From: an uncultured Acidimicrobiaceae bacterium
Lineage (GTDB): Bacteria; Actinomycetota; Acidimicrobiia; Spongiisociales; UBA5794
Assembly (NCBI GenBank): GCA_964596225.1
Contig: CAZQUB010000002.1
Location: 1 to 57,421 of the forward strand
DNA length: 57,421 bases
Reading direction: 5' to 3'
This document shows positions 27,867-38,531 of the stretch, piece after piece; position 1 is the stretch's first letter; every line of letters begins with the position of its first letter. The translations under genes and the position numbers were made by a program. The notes under the pieces were generated by a model that ran no database searches, was not told where the DNA came from, and worked only from the letters and a program-made list of their open reading frames with translations.

Positions 27867-29276
27867 ATGATCCCACCGCGGCTGGAGCCCCTTTTCGCCG
27901 CGGGCGCTCCCGCCCGCGAGCTCGCGCAGTGTTTCGCGACCGCCGGCAGGTCGCTCTTCCTGGTCGGGGGCAGCGTCCGCGACGCCCTCCTCGGGCGTGA
28001 CATCGAGGACCTCGACTATGCCACCGACGCCCGTCCCCCGGAGATTCGCGGCATCGTGGCGAACTGGGCAGACGACCTCTACCTCCTCGGCGAGGAGTAC
28101 GGCACGGTGGGTGTGGTGCACGGTGGTGTGGTTCACGAGATCACCACCTTCCGTAGTGACCAGTACCGGGAGGAGAGCCGCAAGCCCCGGGTCGAGTTCG
28201 CCGACGATCTCGAAACCGACCTGTCGCGCCGTGATTTCACCATCAATGCCCTCGCCATCGAGGTGCCCGCCGACGAGGACGCCACCCCCACCATGATCGA
28301 TCCGTTCGACGGGCTGGCGGACCTGGCCGCCCGGGTGCTCCGTACCCCGCTCGAGCCCGAGATCTCCTTCGGCGACGACCCGCTGCGGATGCTGCGCCTC
28401 TTCCGCTTCATGTCCACCCTCGGATTCGCCCCCGACCAGGCCGCCCTCGCGTCGGTGCGTGCCATGCGAGAGCGCCTCTCCATCGTGTCGGCGGAGCGGA
28501 TCAGGGGAGAGTTCGACAAGCTGCTCGTCGGCGAGCACGTCGGGCCTGCGCTCTGGGGTCTGGTGGAGACCGGACTGGCGGAGGAGTTCATACCCGAGCT
28601 GCCCGGACTTGCCGTCGCCCAGGACCCGGTCCACCGCCACAAGGACGTCCTGGCGCACACCATCGCGGTGGTGGAGAAGACCTCGCCGGTGCTCGACGTG
28701 CGACTCGCCGCCCTCTTCCACGACACCGGCAAGCCCGAGACGAGGCTGGTGGACGGATCCGGCGTCTCCTTCCACCATCACGAAGTGGTCGGAGCTCGTC
28801 TGGCACGGGAGCGGATGCGGGCATTGCGGTACCCGAAGCAGCGCATCGCCGACGTGTCTCAGCTGGTGTTCCTCCATATGCGGCCTCACACCTACAAGAT
28901 GGGGTGGACCGACTCCGCGGTGCGGCGTTACGTGCGGGACGCCGGGCATCTCCTCCCTTTCCTCAACGAGCTGGTGCGCTGCGACGTCACCACCCGCAAC
29001 GCCAAGCGGGCCCGAGCCATCTCGCGTCGCATCGACGAGCTGGAGGAACGCATCGCGGATCTGCGACAGCGGGAGGAGTTGGAGGCGATGCGGCCACCGG
29101 TCGACGGCCACCAGGTGATGGAACACCTCGGGATCGAGCCCGGACCTCTGGTGGGGGAGGTGATGGGCCTGCTCTACGAGCGCCGGATCGAGGATGGACC
29201 GTACTCGGAGGAGGAGGCCTACCGCATGGCCGATGAGTGGTGGGCGGCTCGGAGTGCCGACGCCGGCGGCGGCTAG
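27867..29276 (+). CDS. cca: CCA tRNA nucleotidyltransferase / poly(A) polymerase family protein with HD domain (PcnA-like)
   Basis: 469 aa. LVGGSVRDALLGR..DLDYAT nucleotidyltransferase head, RRDFTINA, and an HD domain (HRHKDVLAHT, FHDTGKP). Confidence 0.9.
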   Translation: MIPPRLEPLFAAGAPARELAQCFATAGRSLFLVGGSVRDALLGRDIEDLDYATDARPPEIRGIVANWADDLYLLGEEYGTVGVVHGGVVHEITTFRSDQYREESRKPRVEFADDLETDLSRRDFTINALAIEVPADEDATPTMIDPFDGLADLAARVLRTPLEPEISFGDDPLRMLRLFRFMSTLGFAPDQAALASVRAMRERLSIVSAERIRGEFDKLLVGEHVGPALWGLVETGLAEEFIPELPGLAVAQDPVHRHKDVLAHTIAVVEKTSPVLDVRLAALFHDTGKPETRLVDGSGVSFHHHEVVGARLARERMRALRYPKQRIADVSQLVFLHMRPHTYKMGWTDSAVRRYVRDAGHLLPFLNELVRCDVTTRNAKRARAISRRIDELEERIADLRQREELEAMRPPVDGHQVMEHLGIEPGPLVGEVMGLLYERRIEDGPYSEEEAYRMADEWWAARSADAGGG

Positions 29277-30076
29277 CGCTGCCGAGTGTTCTCGTCGGCG
29301 CCGTTGCCGCGGCGCGGGGTTGCCCCCCATCGTGTCATGGCGACCGCACCCAAGGCGCCGAGGCCGGCGACCCCCAGGAACGACACCAGGAACCCGATGC
29401 GGAGTCCGGCCTCGTTGGCATAGGCGTAGAGCGCCAGCAGTGACAGCACGGCGGCGGCCACGATCACCGGGACTCCGGAGGCCCGCCGGTGGCGGCGGGA
29501 GGCGAGGTAGATGCCGATGGCGGCGGCCACTGCGGCGACCCCGGCAACGACGCGGGCAAACGGGAATGTGGTGTCGCCGATGAGATGGTACGGGCCCCAT
29601 CCCAGCAAGGCACCGAGGGCGACGAGCACCGCGGACCCGAGCAGTGGCGAGACCAGGCTGCGGCGCATCGTGGAGTCGTCGTCGTAGCCGGCGGCGGAAC
29701 GCTGTCGCAGGGAGCTGAACCGGCTGGAGAGGGAATCGGCGGTCGGGAACGGACCGCGTCCCTTCTTGCCGGCGGCGGACTTGACCCGGCGCGGTCCGGC
29801 CGCGGCCGGATCGTCGCGGTGGGGCTCGAAGGCGGGGATTCCGACGGCGGCTGCGAAGCCTTCGGGGTCGGTGACGTCGAGGATGAGGTCCTCGCCGTCG
29901 GCGCGGAGCCGGAACCCGTCCGCCGAGACATCGATGTCGACCTCCTGGCGGCCCCAATCACCGATCTGGGAAGTGCCGGAGTTGAGGACGAGGCGGTCTG
30001 CTTCGACCACCACATCGGCGGCGACCGCGGTGGTGGGGTCGCTGGCGAGCCTCAGGTTGCCGGTGAACTCGGGCAT
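29273..30076 (-). CDS. Hypothetical membrane protein (soluble N-domain plus a C-terminal multi-TM region)
   Basis: 267 aa from ATG 30076. N-terminal ~90-aa acidic beta-rich domain, basic linker, then 4 hydrophobic helices. Convergent 4-nt overlap with cca. Confidence 0.6.
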   Translation of the reverse strand: MPEFTGNLRLASDPTTAVAADVVVEADRLVLNSGTSQIGDWGRQEVDIDVSADGFRLRADGEDLILDVTDPEGFAAAVGIPAFEPHRDDPAAAGPRRVKSAAGKKGRGPFPTADSLSSRFSSLRQRSAAGYDDDSTMRRSLVSPLLGSAVLVALGALLGWGPYHLIGDTTFPFARVVAGVAAVAAAIGIYLASRRHRRASGVPVIVAAAVLSLLALYAYANEAGLRIGFLVSFLGVAGLGALGAVAMTRWGATPRRGNGADENTRQR

Positions 30077-30215
30077 GGCAATCCCCTCAGATCGGCTGAC
30101 AGATGTGCATCGGTCGGTGCGAGCGGGGCTTGAGTCGCTCGTGAGCCCGTTGCACCCTCCTTCGCGATGCCGTCGGAGCCCTTTCTGCCGCGCCACGGCG
30201 GGCATGGCGATGGCT

Positions 30216-30425
30216 TCAAGACCCGGGTTCGGTCTCCGAAGGTGGTGGGGCGTCGGGTGCGGTGCCGTCGTGGCGAGGCGCCGGGTTCACCGTGTCGCCG
30301 GACGGCTGGCGGTTGCGGCGCTCGACCCACCGCACCCCCACCAGCACGACGACGATGGGGAGCACGAAGAGCAACGCCTCGTCCCAGCCGTACTGGTGGG
30401 CGAGAAGGGGAACCATGGGGCCCAT
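30216..30425 (-). CDS. Small hypothetical membrane protein
   Basis: 69 aa. One TM (ALLFVLPIVVVLVGV) followed by RWVERRNR. GC3-biased codons. Confidence 0.4.
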   Translation of the reverse strand: MGPMVPLLAHQYGWDEALLFVLPIVVVLVGVRWVERRNRQPSGDTVNPAPRHDGTAPDAPPPSETEPGS

Positions 30426-30479
30426 CTCAGGCTGCCGGGGGGAGGTGGCGGAACGGCGTCACTCGGGGTGCCGTCACGG

Positions 30480-30944
30480 TCAGAGCACCTCGATCTCCAG
30501 CAGGATGACTTCCTCGTCGTACAACTCGAGATCGAAGGTGCCGGTGGTGTCGGCGACGAACTCGAGGAGGGCAGCCGTGTCGGGCGCGACGTCGGCCTTG
30601 ATGCCGTACCCCTCCAGGCGGACCTCGTCCTCCACGTCGGAGGTGACGAGGATCTGGACGAGGGAACCCTGCGCCACTTCGGATTGCTCCGGACCGTCGA
30701 CCTCGCCGTCGGCGTAGGAGACGGCGATGACGACGGTGACGTCGCCGATCGTCGTCGTGGTGGACGTCGCGGTCACGGTCGTGGTGGTGGTCTCCGCCGC
30801 GGAGGTGGTGGTCTCGACGACCGTGGTCGTCGTGGCCGGGGTGGTGGGGAGGGTGGTCTCTTCGATGGAGTCACCGCCGCTGCATGCGGCCGCGGCGAGG
30901 GTGACGGCCGCGAGGAATATGCTGACGGGGAAGCGTTTCGGCAT
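30480..30944 (-). CDS. Secreted lipoprotein with a Thr-rich linker and a small beta-sandwich-like domain
   Basis: 154 aa. Lipobox LAAAACSG, about 45 aa of T-rich linker, acidic C-terminal domain (VTVVIAVSYADGEVDG...). Confidence 0.65.
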   Translation of the reverse strand: MPKRFPVSIFLAAVTLAAAACSGGDSIEETTLPTTPATTTTVVETTTSAAETTTTTVTATSTTTTIGDVTVVIAVSYADGEVDGPEQSEVAQGSLVQILVTSDVEDEVRLEGYGIKADVAPDTAALLEFVADTTGTFDLELYDEEVILLEIEVL

Positions 30945-31006
30945 GGTGACGCGAGCCTACCCCGTTGCGGAACCTGGCCATACCCGGCGGCAGGCCGGTC
31001 GCCTGC

Positions 31007-31034
31007 TTGACCTCCATACACATATGCGTATACT
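31007..31034 (+). promoter_or_regulatory. Candidate arg operon promoter (TTGACC-16-TATACT) overlapped by a 16-bp near-palindrome (putative ArgR operator)
   Basis: TTGACC at 31007-31012 and TATACT at 31029-31034. ATACACATATGCGTAT at 31016-31031 differs from its own reverse complement at one symmetric pair. AT-rich island 30 nt upstream of argC; argR is in the same operon. Confidence 0.5.
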
Positions 31035-31064
31035 CACGGGCTCTATTCCGTAGGAGTCTGTCCC

Positions 31065-32096
31065 GTGGCACACCGCATCGGCATCTTCGGCGCCTCCGGA
31101 TACGCCGGTGGCGAACTGATCCGCCTCGTCGACGCCCATCCCGCCATGGAGGTCGCGTATCTCGCGGCCCACAGCAAGGCAGGGGCCACGCTCGGGGAGG
31201 TGCATCCGCACCTCAGTGGCGGTGACCGGGTCCTCGGCGCCCTCGACCCGGTGTCATCGGGGGATCTCGACCTCGCCTTCCTGGCGCTTCCCCATGGTGC
31301 CTCCACCGAGCCTGCCCTCGCCCTCTTGGAGCGGGGGGTGCGGGTGGTCGATCTCGGGAGCGACTTCCGTTTCGACTCGGCGGCCCGCTACGAGGAGGCG
31401 TACGGCACAGCCCATCCCCACCCCGAGGAGCTGGGGAGATGGCCCTACGGTATCCCCGAGCTGTTCCGCGACGCCGTGGCCGGCTCCGATCGGGTGGCCG
31501 TTCCCGGGTGCTACCCGACGGCGGCGATCCTGGCCCTGGCACCCCTGGTGGGGGCGGGCCTGATCGAACCGACCCGGATCGTCGTCGACGCCAAGTCGGG
31601 TGTCTCCGGGGCTGGTCGCTCCGCCATCCCTCCGCTGATGTTCGGGGCCGTCGACGAGGGAGTCACCGCCTACAAGGTGCTCACCCATCGGCACCGGCCC
31701 GAGATCGAGCAGGCACTCGGTGTCGTCGCAGGCACCGCCGCCGAAGTGGTCTTCACCCCCCACCTGGTGCCGATGCAGCGCGGCATCCTCGCCACCTGCT
31801 ACGCCGTCGCCCGCCCCGGAATCGGGCAGGCGGAGGTGGAACAGGCACTGGGGGAGGCATACGGCGCCAGCCCGCTGGTGACCGTCGGAGCCGAGCCTCC
31901 TCTCACTCGCTGGGTCGTCGGCTCCAACCGGTGCCGGCTGTCGGCTCACGTCGATGAGCGCACCGGGACGGTGATCGTGCTCTCCGCCATCGACAACCTC
32001 CTCAAGGGCGCGGCCGGGCAGGCGGTGCAGTGCGCCAACCTGATGCTCGGCCGCGATGAACTCGACGGGATCCCGACCGAAGGGTGGATGCCATGA
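31065..32096 (+). CDS. argC: N-acetyl-gamma-glutamyl-phosphate reductase
   Basis: 343 aa. GASGYAGGEL NAD site and active-site PGCYPTA. Confidence 0.95.
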   Translation: MAHRIGIFGASGYAGGELIRLVDAHPAMEVAYLAAHSKAGATLGEVHPHLSGGDRVLGALDPVSSGDLDLAFLALPHGASTEPALALLERGVRVVDLGSDFRFDSAARYEEAYGTAHPHPEELGRWPYGIPELFRDAVAGSDRVAVPGCYPTAAILALAPLVGAGLIEPTRIVVDAKSGVSGAGRSAIPPLMFGAVDEGVTAYKVLTHRHRPEIEQALGVVAGTAAEVVFTPHLVPMQRGILATCYAVARPGIGQAEVEQALGEAYGASPLVTVGAEPPLTRWVVGSNRCRLSAHVDERTGTVIVLSAIDNLLKGAAGQAVQCANLMLGRDELDGIPTEGWMP

Positions 32097-33259
32097 GCGT
32101 GACCGGGCCCGAGGGATTTCGCGCCGCAGGCGTCGCCTGCGGTATCAAGGCGCGGGGCGTGCTCGACCTCGCCCTCGTCGCCACCGCCGAGCCGCGACCT
32201 GCCGCAGCCGTCTTCACCGTCAACCGGGCGGCAGCCGCGCCGGTGCGGCTCAGCCGGAAGCATCTCTCCTCCGGACGGGGGGTGCGGGCCGTGCTCCTCA
32301 ACTCCGGATGTGCCAACGCCGGAACCGGGGCGGCGGGAGCCGCCGCGGCGCGGGCATCGGCGGCCGCGGTGGCCGGGCACCTCGGCGGGGTCGCCCCCGA
32401 GGTGCTCGTCGCATCGACCGGCCCGATCGGGCCGCAACTCCCCATCGACATGGTGCTGGACGGGATCGGCCATGCCGCCGCCGGACTGGCGTCGTCTCCC
32501 GAGGCGGGCCGCGAGGCCGCCGAGGCGATCATGACCACCGACACCGTGCCCAAGGAAGCCTTCGTCGCCACCGGCACCGGGTACGCGGTGGGGGGTATGG
32601 CGAAAGGGGCGGGCATGGTCCGTCCCGACATGGCGACCATGCTGGTGGTGCTCACCACCGACGCGATGGCGCCGGCCGACCTCCTCGACCGGGCGCTGCG
32701 CGCCGCGGTGGACGAGACCTTCCACGCCCTCAACATCGACGGCTGCGCCTCCACCAACGACACCGTGGTCCTGCTGTCGTCGGGCACGACCGGGGTGACC
32801 CCGACCCTGGAGGATCTCACCGCGACCTTGACGGACGTGACCGCCGATCTCGCCTATCAGCTCGTCGCCGACGCCGAAGGCGCCGAGCGGGTGGTGACCA
32901 TCGAGGTCTCCGGCGCCGTCGACGACGCCACCGCGCGACGGGCCGGGCGTACCATCGCCGACTCGGCGCTGGTACGGGCGTCTTTCTTCGGCGGCGACCC
33001 CAACTGGGGCCGCCTGCTGGGTGCGCTCGGCGCCTCCGACATCGAGTTCGATCCCGCCCTCATCGACGTCGCCTACCAGGGCATCCCCGTCGCTCGTGAC
33101 GGCGTCGCCGTCGCCTACGACGAGCCGGACCTGCTCGACCGACTGACGGAAGGATCCTTCACCGTGGAGGTCGCCATCGGCGCTGGTCCCGGCGCGGCCC
33201 GGGTACTGACGACCGATCTCACTCCCGACTACGTCCGTCTCAACGGGGAGCGCTCCTGA
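32093..33259 (+). CDS. argJ: Bifunctional ornithine acetyltransferase / N-acetylglutamate synthase
   Basis: ATGA overlap with the argC stop (a GTG at 32084 is an alternative). Autoprocessing site MATMLVVLTTDA. GCANAGTG. Confidence 0.93.
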   Translation: MSVTGPEGFRAAGVACGIKARGVLDLALVATAEPRPAAAVFTVNRAAAAPVRLSRKHLSSGRGVRAVLLNSGCANAGTGAAGAAAARASAAAVAGHLGGVAPEVLVASTGPIGPQLPIDMVLDGIGHAAAGLASSPEAGREAAEAIMTTDTVPKEAFVATGTGYAVGGMAKGAGMVRPDMATMLVVLTTDAMAPADLLDRALRAAVDETFHALNIDGCASTNDTVVLLSSGTTGVTPTLEDLTATLTDVTADLAYQLVADAEGAERVVTIEVSGAVDDATARRAGRTIADSALVRASFFGGDPNWGRLLGALGASDIEFDPALIDVAYQGIPVARDGVAVAYDEPDLLDRLTEGSFTVEVAIGAGPGAARVLTTDLTPDYVRLNGERS

Positions 33260-34164
33260 TGGCGATGGGACACGGCACCCCGCATCCCGCCAAGCCGCGC
33301 ATCGCCAAGACGATGGGCAAGGCCCGCATCTTCTCGGAGGCGATGCCGTTCATCAAGGCGTTCCGTAACACGACGGTGGTCATCAAGTACGGCGGTTCCG
33401 CCATGGTGGACGAGGACCTCCGCAGCACTTTCGCCGACGACGTGGCGATGCTGCACTTCGTCGGCATCAACCCGGTGATCGTCCATGGTGGAGGTCCCCA
33501 CATCTCGCGGGCGATGGGACAGCGCGGGATCGAGCCGCAATGGGTCGACGGGCTGCGCATCACCGACGCCGAGACCATCCGGGTGGTGCAGTCCACCCTG
33601 GCCGGGGAGATCAATCCCGACATCGTGCGCCTGGTGAACGCTCACGGTGCGGTCGCTACCGGTGTCAACGGCCTCGATGCCAACCTCTTCATCGCCCGCC
33701 GCAAAGACGAACGCCTCGGCTACGTGGGGGAGATCACCGCGGTGAATCCGGGCCTGATCCTCAGTCTGCAGGAGCAGGGGTACGTTCCGGTGGTGGCGCC
33801 GCTGGCGCGGGGTGAGGATGGAGAGGCCTACAACCTCAACGCCGACACCGCGGCCGGGGCACTCGCCATCGCCCTTGGAGCCGCCAAGCTCGTCTACCTC
33901 ACCGATGTCGAGGGCCTGTACCGGGACCTCGGTGACGAGGACTCGCTCATCGCTCGCATCGTGGTTCCCGAACTCGAGCAGGTCATCGCCTCCGGTTCGG
34001 TCTCCGCCGGGATGCTGCCCAAACTCGAGGCGTGCATGGCGGCGGCGCGGGGAGGGGTGGAACGCACCCACATCCTCGACGGCCGGATGCAACACGCCCT
34101 CCTGCTGGAGATCTTCACCCCGGAGGGCATCGGCACGATGGTCACGATGGACCCGGTGCCGTGA
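33259..34164 (+). CDS. argB: Acetylglutamate kinase
   Basis: 301 aa. VVIKYGGSAM, VHGGGP, NLNADTAAGALA. Start overlaps the argJ stop. Confidence 0.95.
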   Translation: MAMGHGTPHPAKPRIAKTMGKARIFSEAMPFIKAFRNTTVVIKYGGSAMVDEDLRSTFADDVAMLHFVGINPVIVHGGGPHISRAMGQRGIEPQWVDGLRITDAETIRVVQSTLAGEINPDIVRLVNAHGAVATGVNGLDANLFIARRKDERLGYVGEITAVNPGLILSLQEQGYVPVVAPLARGEDGEAYNLNADTAAGALAIALGAAKLVYLTDVEGLYRDLGDEDSLIARIVVPELEQVIASGSVSAGMLPKLEACMAAARGGVERTHILDGRMQHALLLEIFTPEGIGTMVTMDPVP

Positions 34165-34627
34165 GCCCGGTCACGGCCGCCCGCCGCCGGTTGCTGCGCC
34201 GCATCCTCGCCGCGCAGACCGTGACGAGCCAGCGCCAGCTGGTCCATCTGCTCGCCGAGCAGGGCCATGCCGTGACCCAGGCGACCGTGTCCCGTGACCT
34301 CGACATGATCGGTGCGATCAAAGTGCACGAGCCCGGGAAGCGGGCCCGCTACGAGATCCCGGCCGATCCGGTGGTCGCGACCACGGCGGAGCGGATCCTG
34401 AGCCAGACCCTCGCCGACTTCGTCGAGTCGATCGACGTCTCCCTCAACATGGTCGTGATGCACACCCCACCGGGGGCCGCCCATCTGGTGGCAGGGTCGA
34501 TCGACCGGGCCGGGATCGACGGGGTGCTCGGCACGGTGGCCGGAGACGACACCCTGATCGTGGTGGCGGACGAAGACGTCGGCGCAACGGCACTGGCGCG
34601 AGAACTCGAACGGATAGGAGCGACCTG

Positions 34628-34628
<1 letters not shown>
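34161..34628 (+). CDS. argR: Arginine repressor
   Basis: 155 aa from GTG 34161 (GTGA overlap with argB). Winged-helix QATVSRDL and C-terminal [12 protein letters not shown] arginine-binding motif. Confidence 0.9.
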
Positions 34629-35842
<1,214 letters not shown>

Positions 35843-35868
35843 CCGCCTTCTCCCCCCCGTGCCCTCAA

Positions 35869-35918
35869 CCCAGGGTTGGGAGGCCGCAAAACCGTGGTCT
35901 GGAGCCCAGGGTTGGGAG
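35869..35918. repeat. Perfect 14-bp direct repeat CCCAGGGTTGGGAG (x2, 36 bp start to start) in the argG-argH spacer
   Basis: Copies at 35869-35882 and 35905-35918, read directly from the sequence. Confidence 0.6.
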
Positions 35919-35948
35919 ACACGGGCGTGACGGTGAGGGGGTGGCGCC

Positions 35949-37304
35949 GTGACGATGTGGGGTGGGCGGTTCAGCGAGGGACCGGATGCCGCGCTGTGGG
36001 CGTTCACCGTCGATCCCTCGGATCGGCGGCTGCTCCCCGAAGACGTGACCGGGTCGCTGGCGCACCTCGCCATGCTCGGCGCGGTGGGTCTCCTCACCGA
36101 CGAGGAGGTGGCCGCCATCCGGGAGGGCCTCGAGACGATCCGGGTGGAGGCCGACGACGGTACGTTCGTGTGGCGCGACGAGGACGAGGACGTGCACTCC
36201 GCAGTGGAACGCCGTCTCGGAGAGCTCGTCGGCGAAGTGGCGGGCAAGCTCCACACCGGACGCTCTCGCAACGACCAGATCTGCCTCGACCTGCGCCTCT
36301 ACCTGCGGAGGACCGCGGCCGAACGCAACGACCAACTCACCACCGCGGTGGCAGCGCTCGCCGACCTCGCCGAGGAGGTGGGGGAGACGGTGGTGCCGTC
36401 CTATACCCACCTCCAGCAGGCCCAGGCGGTGCCGCTGGCGCACCACCTGCTCGCCTATGCCTGGATGCTGCTGCGCGACCGGGACCGGTTCCGCGACCAG
36501 ATCCCGCGGCTCGACGTGTCGCCGTTGGGGGCAGGGGCCTCCGGGGGCAGCAGCCTCCCCCTCGACCCCGCCATGGTGGGGGAAACGCTCGGCTTCGGCG
36601 CCGTGTTCGAGAACTCGCTCGACGCCGTCGCCTCCCGCGACTTCGTCGCCGAGTACATCTTCTGTTGCACCCAGGCGATGGTGCACCTCTCGCGTCTCGG
36701 TGAGGAACTGGTGCTGTGGAGCAGCCAGGAATTCGGCTGGGTGACCCTCGCCGATCGCTACACGACCGGCTCGTCGGCACTACCCCACAAGAAGAATCCC
36801 GACATCGCCGAGCTGGCTCGAGGCAAGGCGGCCACGGTGATCGGCGACCTCACCGGCGCGCTCGCCCTGCAGAAGGGGTTGCCCCTCTCCTACGACAGCG
36901 ACCTCCAGGAGGACAAGCGTGCCGTGTTCCACGCCGACGACTCCCTCGCCATGGCGTTGACGGCGATGACCGGGATGATGGAGTCGGCCGAGTTCCACCC
37001 GCCGCCGGCCCCGGCGCTGGTGACCGCTCTCGACCTCGCCGAGGTGCTGGTGAAGCGCGGGGTTCCGTTCCGGGAGGCACATCGTGCCGTCGGGCGCCTG
37101 GTGGCGGCCCTCGACGCATCGGGTCGCCGCTTCGAGGAGGTGACCGCCGGGGACCTGGAGGCGGCCCATCCCCAGCTCATCCCCGAGGATCTCGACCTGC
37201 TCGACCCGGTCGCTTCGGTGACATCCCGTGTGTCGCCGGGGGGCGGGTCGTTCGCCTCGGTCGAGACCCAGCTGGAACGGATCAGGTCCCTCCTGCCCGA
37301 CTGA
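35949..37304 (+). CDS. argH: Argininosuccinate lyase
   Basis: 451 aa. MWGGRFS N-terminus and fumarate-lyase signature GSSALPHKKNPD. The start is GTG 35949 or ATG 35955. Confidence 0.96.
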   Translation: MTMWGGRFSEGPDAALWAFTVDPSDRRLLPEDVTGSLAHLAMLGAVGLLTDEEVAAIREGLETIRVEADDGTFVWRDEDEDVHSAVERRLGELVGEVAGKLHTGRSRNDQICLDLRLYLRRTAAERNDQLTTAVAALADLAEEVGETVVPSYTHLQQAQAVPLAHHLLAYAWMLLRDRDRFRDQIPRLDVSPLGAGASGGSSLPLDPAMVGETLGFGAVFENSLDAVASRDFVAEYIFCCTQAMVHLSRLGEELVLWSSQEFGWVTLADRYTTGSSALPHKKNPDIAELARGKAATVIGDLTGALALQKGLPLSYDSDLQEDKRAVFHADDSLAMALTAMTGMMESAEFHPPPAPALVTALDLAEVLVKRGVPFREAHRAVGRLVAALDASGRRFEEVTAGDLEAAHPQLIPEDLDLLDPVASVTSRVSPGGGSFASVETQLERIRSLLPD

Positions 37305-37310
37305 TCCCCG

Positions 37311-38411
37311 TCACTCGGCGGGTTCGACCAGCGGTATGGCGTCGGGCGCCACGGCGGCGTCCCGCCGCCACGACCGCTTCCGGCGCCAGAACAGGTAGGC
37401 GCTCGCTCCCAGCGGGATGGGGAGGGCGTAGGTGATGAAGCGGAACACGAGCACCGCGGCCACGATCTGAGCCCGGGTGGCGGCGTCGACGCCGATGGAG
37501 AGGGCGGCGGCGTAGCCCAGTTCGACAACGCCGAGGCCACCGGGGGTCACCGGGAGGGCGGAGATGAGCCGCACGAAGGCGAAGGCGGCCAGTACCCGCA
37601 CCCAACTCACCTCGGCCTGCGAGACCCCGACATGGCGCAACGCCACCAGCAGCACCAGGTACAGCGAGATGTGGCTGATGAGGGTGGCGACCGTGAGCCC
37701 GAGCCAGCGGTCCTTCAGGAGGTCGCGGGTGTCGGTGCGGAACCGCCGCGCCGCGGCGCCCCACGTCCGCACCGGAGGCTTGCGGAACAGCGCCCGGAAC
37801 CGCGAGACGATCCGTCCCAAGCCCTCACCGATGCGCCCCGCCAGCTGCTCGGAGCGCAGCATGAGCCCGAACAGGACCACCGCCCCGACCAGCACCGCCA
37901 TCCCGATGAGGGACGCGGTGATGAGGGCGGCGTTGACATCCCCGAAGACGGCGAGCAGCACCAGCGCCACCACGGGCATCCCCAGCTTGACGAAGTTGTT
38001 CCACACCCCCGATACGAGCGCCGAGAGGGCAAACGCCTGCGGTCCGAACCCCCACGACGAGTACATGGCATAGGTGACACCGACCCCGAGGGCGCCCCCA
38101 CCGGGAAGGGTGTTGGCGATGGCGGTGGAGGCCTGGTTGGCGACGGCCGCCTTCGGCAGGGTCAGGCCGGGGAGCACCTCGACGAGCACGAACCAGTAGG
38201 TGGCCAGGTTCCACAGCCCGACCGCCACCAGCGTGACGATTTCGAGCCAGGTCATGGCACGGATGGTCGCCCACACGTCCTGGTAGGAGGCGAGGCGAGG
38301 CAGGACGCCGATGAAGATGGCGCCGATGACCACCAGGGAGATGAGTCCCTGAACGACGCGGCGCAGCGTCGATCGGTTCCCGCTCGGCGCGTTCTCAGCT
38401 CCGGCGTGCAC
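37311..38411 (-). CDS. Flippase-like / lysyl-phosphatidylglycerol-synthase-TM (UPF0104) family membrane protein
   Basis: 366 aa from GTG 38411. About 8 TM helices and the family-typical ...LPVTPGGLGVVELG... motif. The 708-aa track ORF is a long spurious N-terminal extension. Confidence 0.75.
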   Translation of the reverse strand: MHAGAENAPSGNRSTLRRVVQGLISLVVIGAIFIGVLPRLASYQDVWATIRAMTWLEIVTLVAVGLWNLATYWFVLVEVLPGLTLPKAAVANQASTAIANTLPGGGALGVGVTYAMYSSWGFGPQAFALSALVSGVWNNFVKLGMPVVALVLLAVFGDVNAALITASLIGMAVLVGAVVLFGLMLRSEQLAGRIGEGLGRIVSRFRALFRKPPVRTWGAAARRFRTDTRDLLKDRWLGLTVATLISHISLYLVLLVALRHVGVSQAEVSWVRVLAAFAFVRLISALPVTPGGLGVVELGYAAALSIGVDAATRAQIVAAVLVFRFITYALPIPLGASAYLFWRRKRSWRRDAAVAPDAIPLVEPAE

Positions 38412-38531
38412 GACGTCCCCTTCCCTCGAACGTGATCGGAACTCCAGGTTCTCGTAGGCTGCGAGTCTATTGGAGCCGCCCCCGCCTTCGCCGAGCGCGG
38501 CGCCGAGGGGCGAGAGGTTTGCCGAAGAGAG

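Noticed and set aside
24024-29957. Other very long antisense or off-frame ORFs (24024-26039, 27687-29957; likewise 40449-42140, 45530-47674, 48658-50130, 42785-44269)
   Set aside because: Each overlaps one or more genes with clear family motifs on the other strand or frame, and all show the Arg/Pro/Gly/His-rich composition of GC-driven open frames.
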